The translations under genes were made by a program, and so were the position numbers. 64,000 nucleotides of DNA, taken from IMG/VR virus record IMGVR_UViG_3300025132_000026, positions 1 to 64,000 of that record. One strand, given 5' to 3'. The notes below the pieces were generated by a model, which had not been told where the DNA came from, did not search any database, and was given only the letters and a program-made list of their open reading frames with translations. Origin of the DNA: a virus. This document shows positions 46,750-55,430 of the stretch, piece by piece (position 1 is the first letter of the stretch; every line of letters starts with the position of its first letter).

Positions 46750-47604
46750 TCATGAGTCAGGCCAAAAAAAGTCCGCGGTGAGCGGCACCTCCATATCTTG
46801 TTCGTGACTACAATGTGCGCATTGAAATACTTGAGTTAAGTCCACATTGGGCGAAGCTAGCTTGACAGCCATTCTCAAATGACGAGAATCAATTGATGGA
46901 ATATTAAGAACTAAATAATTTATTGCATCAGCAGAAGTATCACCGTTAACTGCAACAACGGTGTTTACGAGCTGCCTTGTAACAGTTTTCTCGTAGGACT
47001 TAGACTTCCTATCTTTTTCCATTCCGGAAAGCAACTTCTTCTCATCGATACCATTTAAAAGCTTGAATGTTACTGTAACCCCTGTTCTGGGTAAAGTAAT
47101 GTCAAATGTTCCATTTTCGTTGTCTGTGATGCCGGCATCTTGAAGCTCTTCTCCATGTTGTATTTCTGCCTCGTTTAAATCAAAAGAATATTTTTGCTTT
47201 TCTTCACAAGCGGGACAAGTTACTTGCGTAGTATATTCACTTCCATATCCCGAAACCCTACAAGCAATAACAATTGCATTTCTATCGCCAACCAATAGCG
47301 AATCAGGGTTAATCTTTCGATCAACTATAATATTTTGGATCACACGATCCAATGCCACACCCTTTTTAAGAAGAGTTCTCGAAGTTAAGATATCCTCTTC
47401 TTTTGCAGTCATCTGCTTTATTTCAATGCTATCGGCATTGTGAAGCGGATGATTTTCTGGGTAATACCTTCCTTTTGATGGTAATTCCACAAATTCAGTT
47501 GGAACTACGAAGGAAAACCCGTCCGATGCTGCATCTTGCAGTGCCTGCGGCGGAGGGCTCGTATCTACGTTCTGAGCGCCTGTGCGCTCTTTATTTCTAG
47601 ACAA
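46750..47604 (-). CDS. T4 gp26-like baseplate hub / tail assembly chaperone
   Basis: VELPSKG..Y, MTAKEEDIL, GDRNAI, CPAC, CAHC, FFWP end. Confidence 0.8.
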   Translation of the reverse strand: MSRNKERTGAQNVDTSPPPQALQDAASDGFSFVVPTEFVELPSKGRYYPENHPLHNADSIEIKQMTAKEEDILTSRTLLKKGVALDRVIQNIIVDRKINPDSLLVGDRNAIVIACRVSGYGSEYTTQVTCPACEEKQKYSFDLNEAEIQHGEELQDAGITDNENGTFDITLPRTGVTVTFKLLNGIDEKKLLSGMEKDRKSKSYEKTVTRQLVNTVVAVNGDTSADAINYLVLNIPSIDSRHLRMAVKLASPNVDLTQVFQCAHCSHEQDMEVPLTADFFWPDS

Positions 47605-47634
47605 TATACACCTCTCGTTTTGTTTGTCTTATTA

Positions 47635-48216
47635 TTAAACCTTGAAGAACTCAGAACCGCCACCAATAACTGCGGAAGAGTTGTTGTCTGTGGTAATACG
47701 GGCCCAATCGTACGCTAATGAAATCTGAACTGTTGAAAGCTCGGTATCTCCGTATGCAAGGTCGCCATAGTTTACGCTTGCAATCCAAGCATTCCAAAGC
47801 GTCCAAGTCTCAAGAGGGTTACCATTCGAATCAAACTGAGTGATAATAACGGTGCCCAATGCGCCCACAGATTTTGCTTTTGACATGGTTGCTAAAGAGT
47901 TTACGTCCGTAGGGGGAGCATAACCAGAAGCTTCGATAATATCTGAAACTGTGGCAGCCACGTCGGGATCGACCGGGTCGATGACTTCTATATCCAAAGG
48001 GCTCCACTTAAGGTTGCTTGGGTAATAGAATGTATGGTTAAGATATTGGTGCTCAGTTGACTCAATCTCGAATTGAGGTTTTTGCGCCGTCTTTGCATAC
48101 CATAAAACTGCGCCTCCCGGCCCATCGATTCCTTGGAATTCTACCGTAAATCGAAATTTTCTTTTAGGATCTTTTAACGTTGTGTCGTTCTTGAAATTTT
48201 GTGACCAGAAAGCCAT
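47635..48216 (-). CDS. Tail tube protein (gp19 family)
   Basis: DPKRKFRF, W.P..I...DP, ETWTL.NAW, LAYDWA; follows sheath. Confidence 0.88.
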   Translation of the reverse strand: MAFWSQNFKNDTTLKDPKRKFRFTVEFQGIDGPGGAVLWYAKTAQKPQFEIESTEHQYLNHTFYYPSNLKWSPLDIEVIDPVDPDVAATVSDIIEASGYAPPTDVNSLATMSKAKSVGALGTVIITQFDSNGNPLETWTLWNAWIASVNYGDLAYGDTELSTVQISLAYDWARITTDNNSSAVIGGGSEFFKV

Positions 48217-48279
48217 TTTTTGGGGTACTCCTTGTTCTTACTTTTAATTAGTGGTCTGAGGGGAAAATCCCCTCATATT

Positions 48280-51200
48280 TTAGTCGTCGAATGATGCACC
48301 CGTGGAGAGAATGACGAAGTCGATGGCAATATATTCAATTGCGCGAGCGGGCTTAATCATAATCTTTGCGTACATTACGTTCTGATCGATAAGATCTGGT
48401 GTTGTGGTTGTTTCATCCAGGATGAGTCTGTAATCCGTGATACCAAATCTGGTCTTAACTGTCGCCAGGAAGGGTTCAACGAGTCCCTTGAAGCGGTTCC
48501 AAGTAGCTTGTACGTTTTGTTCGAAAAGCACTTGAGTTGAAAGAATGGCGATTTGCTTCTTCATGAAGATTACCAATCTTCTTACATTAATCCTGTCAAG
48601 AGCAGACTGACGCTCTTGGAGAGTCTTTTGTCCGAAGACCACAATTCCGGTGGATGGGAATGAGGCGATTGGGTTAACCTTACCGTCGTAAAGCTGATCT
48701 CTTTGCCTGGAGGTAAGCTTCTCGGTAATTCCGGTAATCGGAATTCCTGCGGCGCCGTCGGAGAGGCCTCCGCGGTTGAACCCTGCAGGTGCGAACCATA
48801 CATCAGAGCGCGACTCAGAGGAACCAAAGACACCCAACATCGCAACAGAAGGCGGAATCCAGAGTAATTGACCTGTTTCATCGTCCCTTGTTTGAACCCA
48901 AGGATAGAAAGTGCAACCATAGCTGGAGTCAATTCTACGGTTCTTGAGAGCATCAACGGCCTGCTTAGGTGTCGAGGTGATTCGAAGAGGCTTGCTTGTT
49001 TTGAACTCCTCATGCATCGGAGTGTAAACATCTGGCAAGTCGATAACTGCTAATGAATCTGCTCTGTCTTGGCATACATCAATCATTCTCTTGGTAAGAG
49101 ATGGCAGTGTTAATCCTGGAGCAGCCAATACGTTCATATCGAGTTGTTCAGGATCTGTCAGGGAATCAATAGCTCTGCCCCAAGTGTTGTAAATGTAGTT
49201 ATTCTTTTCAGTCGAAGTTCCATCCACCATTCCCTTGTTATAGAGGGGATCTGGCTTGGTAATGTCGAATCCGTCGAATCCGCCCCAGAATGGTGCCGTG
49301 AATCCGTTGTAGCCACGAAGCAACAAGTCGTTCAGCGAGCCTGTCGCAGTGAGCGACACGTTGCGCTGACGCGAGCCGGATTCATAGTAATAGTTCGAAG
49401 TTGAACTTACTTGTACGTCGTCGAGCGAGAAGACATAACCATACGCATCGTATGGGTAAGCTGAACCGACTACTGGGTTTAATTCGCCGGCAGAAGTTGG
49501 ATCATCTGGCATATCTGAGTACAGATATCTATGTAAGTCTCCTAGACCTTGCGCGGCTCGGGACGAACCGTGTGTGCGGTTTGACATGAAGCCAAAGTTT
49601 GCATCTCTAGGATCTTGAAGACCGGCATCGGATGCGGATCTAACAAGCAAGTCGGTTGGGAAATAGAGGCTAGCTGTCAAACCTTGCTCAAACGCGTAGG
49701 GGAAGGACGCAGAGATGAAGTGTCCATCGGCGCCGCCGACTTCGTGATCATGAATTTGCGCTCTTGGTACTTGTGCAGTCGAGCCTGAGAGTCCGATAAA
49801 GCCCATGTTTGTCGCCGTGTCAATCGTAGCGGCGTTGCCAGAGACTGCACTCTTCCAGCGCGGAGGTCCGAAGTAGCCAACTGGCAGAAGCTCTGCACTA
49901 GTTGCGCCGGCTTCGACGTCTGCGTCCATTTCGACATAAACAAATTTTGAATTAGTGTTGTATTCTCCATAAGTTCTTAGAGTTTTCGATGTATCATCCC
50001 ATTGCGTAAATTTGTTACCAATTTTTCTTGCAACAAAGTTAGGAGAAGTCGGATCTAAGTTACAGTTATCGAAGCGCTCCATTACTTGCTTGGCGCTATC
50101 TGTGTCATGTAGACTCCTAAAAACAACCGAGAATGAACCGTAACCACCGCCGAGTGCGGGGCTAGGTTGGATTCTTTCGATGGAGACCTTCACGTTTTTG
50201 TGAAGCCATTCTCCACCGCCCAGTGCTTTAAGGCGGAAAAGCTTTTGCGAATCTTGAGGCTTATAAGCAGTTGCGGGGCCCTGATCTTGAGCAATGAACC
50301 ATCCTGCTTTCGCTTTCTGTGACGCTGCTCTCATAGCAGCCGCACTGCGAGTCGTAGAGCCCTTTTCTTGAATTTGCATTATAACTGCTTGAGCTTCTTG
50401 TCCAACAATACTAGAACCTGAGATATTCCAGTTTAAAAGGGTTTGCTCGAATGTTTCGCCAAGCCAGACGGGTTCAAGTCGTGGATAAAATTGCGTTGCG
50501 CTATCTTTAATCATTTGTGGGTTAGTGTTGAACTTTGTGCGAATGAAGTCTGGAGAGTCTGGATCAAAGTTAAATTGAACCTTGGTAACAGTACCATCTG
50601 AGTCTGTGACGTGTGCTGTGAACAAGTTTGTTCCTGTGGCCGAGCCGACAATAACACCGTTAACACCAACGCCAGCTTTCATCCCGTCATAGGCTGGGGC
50701 ATTTGCCTTAAACGTCGTGTTGGTGCCGGCGCCATTTCCTGCAATTGTTCCAGAAAGAGAAACTGAACCAGAGTTCATATAGAAGATTGCAGCGAGTACG
50801 CCGCCTTCGTCCATCGCTGCGGGAGCTAGCGCATCTGGCGTGCCGGGTGTGTCGCCGTTATTACCTTGACCTTGAGAGATAGCATATGTATCGGGATACA
50901 CGTTTCCTGAGATGCGACCTGGGGTGACAACATGAGGCGCAGCACAACGAACTTGCGCGGAACCAGACCGGAACAAGAACATTCCATACGCACCGCCGGC
51001 ATTAGGACCGATACCCGGCACACCAGGGGTTGCTTTGCCGGTCGCGTTGTCCTTACCGATAGGGTTGGTTGTTTGCCAGCCGGCTTTTCCGGCGGTCGTA
51101 GCACTGGTGTGCTCTTCGCCAAGTACGCGTATATAAGTAAGAGGAGCAACGTTCGAACGCAAGAAGGCTTTTGCTGCGTACGTTCCGTACATCGGAGAAA

Positions 51201-51432
51201 CTAGGTTTCCATCGCGATATACATCTGTTCCACCGTTACCGGGGACTGCTTCTCCATATATTTCTACAAATTGAGAATAGGATTCAACTCTTGTCGGTAC
51301 CCACGCTGGGCCTCGACGGGCGCGTCCAACAATAACTGGACCGATATTTTCTGCTTGTTTTGGTCTAAAGGATTTGTCTATCTCGTTGATAAACACCCCT
51401 GGAGATACAAATTTGAAGTTTTTTACTGACAT
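48280..51432 (-). CDS. Contractile tail sheath protein
   Basis: FVSPGVFINEID, WFAPAGFNRG, GQKTLQ, DRINVRRL, KPARAIEYI. Confidence 0.95.
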   Translation of the reverse strand: MSVKNFKFVSPGVFINEIDKSFRPKQAENIGPVIVGRARRGPAWVPTRVESYSQFVEIYGEAVPGNGGTDVYRDGNLVSPMYGTYAAKAFLRSNVAPLTYIRVLGEEHTSATTAGKAGWQTTNPIGKDNATGKATPGVPGIGPNAGGAYGMFLFRSGSAQVRCAAPHVVTPGRISGNVYPDTYAISQGQGNNGDTPGTPDALAPAAMDEGGVLAAIFYMNSGSVSLSGTIAGNGAGTNTTFKANAPAYDGMKAGVGVNGVIVGSATGTNLFTAHVTDSDGTVTKVQFNFDPDSPDFIRTKFNTNPQMIKDSATQFYPRLEPVWLGETFEQTLLNWNISGSSIVGQEAQAVIMQIQEKGSTTRSAAAMRAASQKAKAGWFIAQDQGPATAYKPQDSQKLFRLKALGGGEWLHKNVKVSIERIQPSPALGGGYGSFSVVFRSLHDTDSAKQVMERFDNCNLDPTSPNFVARKIGNKFTQWDDTSKTLRTYGEYNTNSKFVYVEMDADVEAGATSAELLPVGYFGPPRWKSAVSGNAATIDTATNMGFIGLSGSTAQVPRAQIHDHEVGGADGHFISASFPYAFEQGLTASLYFPTDLLVRSASDAGLQDPRDANFGFMSNRTHGSSRAAQGLGDLHRYLYSDMPDDPTSAGELNPVVGSAYPYDAYGYVFSLDDVQVSSTSNYYYESGSRQRNVSLTATGSLNDLLLRGYNGFTAPFWGGFDGFDITKPDPLYNKGMVDGTSTEKNNYIYNTWGRAIDSLTDPEQLDMNVLAAPGLTLPSLTKRMIDVCQDRADSLAVIDLPDVYTPMHEEFKTSKPLRITSTPKQAVDALKNRRIDSSYGCTFYPWVQTRDDETGQLLWIPPSVAMLGVFGSSESRSDVWFAPAGFNRGGLSDGAAGIPITGITEKLTSRQRDQLYDGKVNPIASFPSTGIVVFGQKTLQERQSALDRINVRRLVIFMKKQIAILSTQVLFEQNVQATWNRFKGLVEPFLATVKTRFGITDYRLILDETTTTPDLIDQNVMYAKIMIKPARAIEYIAIDFVILSTGASFDD

Positions 51433-51482
51433 TTTGCTTTCCTCTTATTAATCACTGCATAAATGATAGCGTAATCATTATC

Positions 51483-51490
51483 TAAATAGT
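51483..51490 (-). promoter_or_regulatory. Putative late promoter ACTATTTA (sheath)
   Basis: Recurrent motif. Confidence 0.65.
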
Positions 51491-51536
51491 ATTTTCAAAT
51501 CCAAAAGGATGTCAGGAACTAATAAAATATGCCCTT

Positions 51537-52424
51537 TCACTTCAGGATGTCACCAAAAAGATTGGGAAGACCCTGTGGAGCAACGTTTTCTTGTGGAAAT
51601 GTTACCTCCACGATGTTCTCATCGATCCTTACTATTGGTCGATCATCATTTTCTCCTTCGCCAATTAAATATCCCAGAACTCTGATGGTTATTTCTGTGC
51701 TAAACATTCTCATGTCTTCGTCTAAGTTGCTGGAATTGTTATTGTGTGTGAAATTCTGATCAATGAACGCTTCGTATAAATGGCCGTTTCTTTTCATTAC
51801 AAATGAGTTTATTTGTCCTGTTCTAGCAATAAATGGGGCCATTAATTCATTCATTTGCTGTTGGTATTCTGTTTTTATGACGATCTTATATTCTACATTG
51901 ACATATACTGGTATTGGAATCGAAAGTGTCTCAATAACGACCTTCTTGTTCACTCTTGGTGAAAAAGGCTGCTTCTTTGTTCCAAATGCTGCATTTCTAG
52001 TGCCCGTCGCTGTTGCATAATTGGTGGTTTTGTCTTGTTTTATCCTTTTTGCTATCGTCATTCGGCCAGATCTGCCGTTTTTATCTGTAGAATAGATGTG
52101 TGCTTGGTATGCTCCCTTCATCTCAGGATCTTTAGTTATGCCTGTTCTCTCAATACTAATAAGTGGCATTTTGAGTGCGCCGGCGTCGTCTCTGAGGTCT
52201 TCGTTGTTTTTTATTTGGTATGCTCGCTCTGGCGCTTGCCACAAAACCGGCACTCTCCGGAAGCCCTCATTTGTTCTTGCACTTAAATCAAGATCTTTCT
52301 TTAACCAAGAAACAAGAGCATAATCTATTGTCTCAATTGAAGAGTCTAACATCCCGATTTCTTTTAAAGTTAAACTATCTGCGTCTTTAGGTAGCATTGC
52401 AAAATCAAAGTTATCAGGTAGCAT
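51537..52424 (-). CDS. Tail terminator / sheath stabiliser (gp15-like)
   Basis: VPV....PER, MPLISIER, P.YVNVEY, QQMNELM; start moved to ATG 52424. Confidence 0.65.
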   Translation of the reverse strand: MLPDNFDFAMLPKDADSLTLKEIGMLDSSIETIDYALVSWLKKDLDLSARTNEGFRRVPVLWQAPERAYQIKNNEDLRDDAGALKMPLISIERTGITKDPEMKGAYQAHIYSTDKNGRSGRMTIAKRIKQDKTTNYATATGTRNAAFGTKKQPFSPRVNKKVVIETLSIPIPVYVNVEYKIVIKTEYQQQMNELMAPFIARTGQINSFVMKRNGHLYEAFIDQNFTHNNNSSNLDEDMRMFSTEITIRVLGYLIGEGENDDRPIVRIDENIVEVTFPQENVAPQGLPNLFGDILK

Positions 52425-52902
52425 CGAATAATCCCTTTCTTGCTCTTCTGCATCGTGCAGATATTTCAAAACCATGTTCAACTTGGCCAAAAAGCTTGCG
52501 AGGCTCAGACAATTTTACAATTTCATAAAAATAATCACCATAAAGCACAAAATCGCCCTCCCTTACATACATATCTTGATCTTCTTCTAATCTTCTTTTG
52601 TGGAAGTGTACGTTAATTTCCCAAGTCTTGTCAATTCCACCGCTTTCAAGGTAATCCGTTGAATAATCTGTGAATTCTACAAGTGCATAAATTCTGACGG
52701 GTGGCAAATATGTCTTTTCTATTGCCTCACCGTATAAATCGTGAAAATTGGTGGATGCCATGTCAATTGGGTAATATAAAATTTGCTGTCCGATGACTTT
52801 TTCAATAAGCTCATCGTTAACCTGCTTTACAAGATCGCGCTCTTTCTTGCCAAGAAACAAGGGAGGGGGCGGTGCAGCTGGTTTTTTCCATTCATCTCCC
52901 AT
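52414..52902 (-). CDS. Neck / head-closure protein (gp14-like)
   Basis: ELIE..GQ.ILYY, DLYGE, EGDFV. Confidence 0.75.
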   Translation of the reverse strand: MGDEWKKPAAPPPPLFLGKKERDLVKQVNDELIEKVIGQQILYYPIDMASTNFHDLYGEAIEKTYLPPVRIYALVEFTDYSTDYLESGGIDKTWEINVHFHKRRLEEDQDMYVREGDFVLYGDYFYEIVKLSEPRKLFGQVEHGFEISARCRRARKGLFDAT

Positions 52903-52908
52903 TGTTCA

Positions 52909-54204
52909 TTACCCCACAAAAATCGGCAGCGGCGAATTCTTCAGCGTAGCAGTCGCCGAATCAGCTTTTTCACTGTCTTGTTTCGCTAAGGCCGTATATT
53001 CCATTTCTTTCAATATCTCCATCAGCTTGTCTTTAAGCTGTTGTTGCTCATCTTTCGCTTGAGAAAGCAGCTCTGAGTGATTCAGCGTCACGTTGTCTCC
53101 AGGAATCGGTAGGGTTTGGAATTTACCTCGAATTTGACCAAGCATTTCTTTACATAAGGCCAATGAATACTTTCGAATCCACTGTTTACCAATTGCATTG
53201 ATATTTTCATACGGAAGATTTCCGAATGGCAGTGTGTTCATGTTATTGACACCTTGTGCTCCGGACTCATATCGACCATCATCATCCCACGAATTGGCAT
53301 CTACATAAAATTTAACCCAAATCCTATCATCCATACCCGATAAACCATACGTACTTGGTGGAGGGAATAACCTCAATTTGTTATCTACCAATTCATATGA
53401 ATAATGTGATGTTCTCGTATATATTGCATCTTCATACATTATGGCCTGCATTTTGTTTTGCCAGGTAGGTACCAATTCAAATGTTGAGTCATCAGCGTAC
53501 ATACCGTAAGTTGACATGTTTCCAACCATGTTTATACCACCATAATAGCCGTAAAAACGCCACATTGCCCTCGGAGACTTATAAAATACTCTTGTGACAA
53601 CAACACGTTTGTTTCCGACTTTATTGGCAAAGTCTATAGTGTTTCCTGCTGAATCAGTGCCCGAAGTAGATGCAGTTTCTATAATTGCTTGTAAATCGTA
53701 GTCTTGCTGATCTTCTTTTGGTGCAAAAGAAGCAGAGTATTGTCTTACTGTACCACCGAAACCCGCAACAGAGGACATTCCGTCGCCGACTTTCTTTGAA
53801 TAAGAAAACTGGAACCTTGGATATTTTAACTCGACTCTCGATGGTCCTAAGCTGGCAGAGAACGAACTAGATTTCATCATACCCATATGATCAAACGTTC
53901 CAGTTGCGTCACCGAGCGCATCAGAAAGCATGTTTTTGCTTTGGTGTAGATTGACGATGTAAGAATATTCTAATACCGCTTCTTCGTAGGCGGCATATAC
54001 GTTTGCTGGTGTAAGTTCAATATCGACAACATCACCACCAAGTTTCTTAAAAACATATGCAACTTGAGATTCTGCTCCGCTAAGGAAATCAACTGATGCT
54101 GTGTACATTCCAAATGGAACAGAACCAGCCACGTCGTCATAACTTCCGGTCGAAGTTAGGACTATTGCGCTCGTTTCTGAATTTGGACTAAGATTTGTTG
54201 GCAC
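52909..54204 (-). CDS. Neck / head-tail adaptor protein (gp13-like)
   Basis: KLGG.VVDIEL, WIRKYSLAL.KEMLGQIRGKF, TLN..EL, PIFVG. Confidence 0.8.
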   Translation of the reverse strand: MPTNLSPNSETSAIVLTSTGSYDDVAGSVPFGMYTASVDFLSGAESQVAYVFKKLGGDVVDIELTPANVYAAYEEAVLEYSYIVNLHQSKNMLSDALGDATGTFDHMGMMKSSSFSASLGPSRVELKYPRFQFSYSKKVGDGMSSVAGFGGTVRQYSASFAPKEDQQDYDLQAIIETASTSGTDSAGNTIDFANKVGNKRVVVTRVFYKSPRAMWRFYGYYGGINMVGNMSTYGMYADDSTFELVPTWQNKMQAIMYEDAIYTRTSHYSYELVDNKLRLFPPPSTYGLSGMDDRIWVKFYVDANSWDDDGRYESGAQGVNNMNTLPFGNLPYENINAIGKQWIRKYSLALCKEMLGQIRGKFQTLPIPGDNVTLNHSELLSQAKDEQQQLKDKLMEILKEMEYTALAKQDSEKADSATATLKNSPLPIFVG

Positions 54205-54269
54205 ACGTGGGCCCTCCTATTTCATAAATAGTTTTGTTGAAGACAAACAGCGTAGATGACGTCACTTTA

Positions 54270-54590
54270 TTAGGATGTCTTCTTTTTGGTGCTCTTTGTG
54301 CTCTTAATTGTGGCCTTAGTGGTCTTTTTTGTCGTATTTTTGGTTGTTGCGGTTGTTGTCGTTTCCGTCACTTTAATTTTGGGTGCTGTATCGGTTTTGG
54401 TAGTTGCACCGGCGGTCGTCACAGCTGTTGTGCCTGTTGTCGTGTTGGTGGCTGTTACAGTTGTTTCATCTGTTGTTGTGTCAGCTGTTGTGGTAGTTTC
54501 ACTAGTTACATTCAACCCTTTGATCGTTGGATGATTTGAGTGTTTGGTTTTGAATTTTGCCGAAGCTATAATTCTGCGTTTTTTGCCCAT
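54270..54590 (-). CDS. Lys/Thr-rich low-complexity late protein
   Basis: AAGGAG RBS, late motif at 54615-54622. Confidence 0.65.
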   Translation of the reverse strand: MGKKRRIIASAKFKTKHSNHPTIKGLNVTSETTTTADTTTDETTVTATNTTTGTTAVTTAGATTKTDTAPKIKVTETTTTATTKNTTKKTTKATIKSTKSTKKKTS

Positions 54591-54702
54591 GATAGGTGCT
54601 CCTTGTGTGTATAGTAAATAGTTTGAAATCTTGAAAACGAAAATCTCAAAAAATTGCCGGGGAAAATTTTTGAAGGATCACCATATTAAGATCTTTTGTT
54701 TC

Positions 54703-54730
54703 AAATAAAAACCCCCTCCGAAGAGGGGGC
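54703..54730 (-). terminator. Intrinsic terminator
   Basis: GCCCCCTC-TTCG-GAGGGGGT + T tract. Confidence 0.85.
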
Positions 54731-54765
54731 AAAACATAAGAGATATATTTTAAATTTACTAAATC

Positions 54766-55251
54766 TTAGCTGTCGCTAAAAACAATACCATTAGCTTTCA
54801 CCTTGGATGCGCCATTGACGAACCACAAGGAACCATTGCAGTGCAAGTAAAGATAATCCCCAGCTAATGTGGCGGAGCCAAAAGTAGCAACAAGGTGGCT
54901 GCTTCCGTTAGCTTCGTTACCGTGGTTACTGTCCATTGCAATTGCGTGGCCGGCGAAGAATTCACCCGCTTTTGCTGTAACTGTGCAAGAGGCTGTTGAG
55001 TAATCACCTGCGAGAATGATTTTGAATGACAATCCTGCTGCTGCGTCTGGCAATGCAATCGCAGATGCGTTTGGTGTCATCATGATAACTTTGCCGCTAT
55101 CAGCAGCACTTAATGTGGTTGTCGCATCCGCTGTCGTTGTTAAGACAAAATCTTTAACACCGGCCAGTTGACTTCCTCCCAAGTTTAAATCTCTCTTTAA
55201 GTTTTCGATTAGTGCCTGGGTTCTAGCCAAGCCTACTCTTTTTGATCCCAT
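54766..55251 (-). CDS. Putative capsid decoration protein
   Basis: Directly after MCP; TLSAADSGK..LP.AAAGL.F..GD......NGSLWFV domain. Confidence 0.6.
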   Translation of the reverse strand: MGSKRVGLARTQALIENLKRDLNLGGSQLAGVKDFVLTTTADATTTLSAADSGKVIMMTPNASAIALPDAAAGLSFKIILAGDYSTASCTVTAKAGEFFAGHAIAMDSNHGNEANGSSHLVATFGSATLAGDYLYLHCNGSLWFVNGASKVKANGIVFSDS

Positions 55252-55340
55252 AGTTTAAAACCCTCCATTTTTAATCATGTTAAAAACACAATAGGAAAGA
55301 CAGAGGAAGCACCCCTGCCTTACATATAATTAGTTTTGGC

Positions 55341-55374
55341 AAAAAGAAGACCCCTGCCTCTTTCGAGGCAGGGG
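55341..55374 (-). terminator. Intrinsic terminator after major capsid gene
   Basis: CCCCTGCCTC-GAAA-GAGGCAGGGG + TCTTCTTTTT. Confidence 0.88.
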
Positions 55375-55430
55375 CTTTCTGTGTCACGATTAGCCGTGGA
55401 ATTTACTTACTATGCTCAAATGAGCTTATA

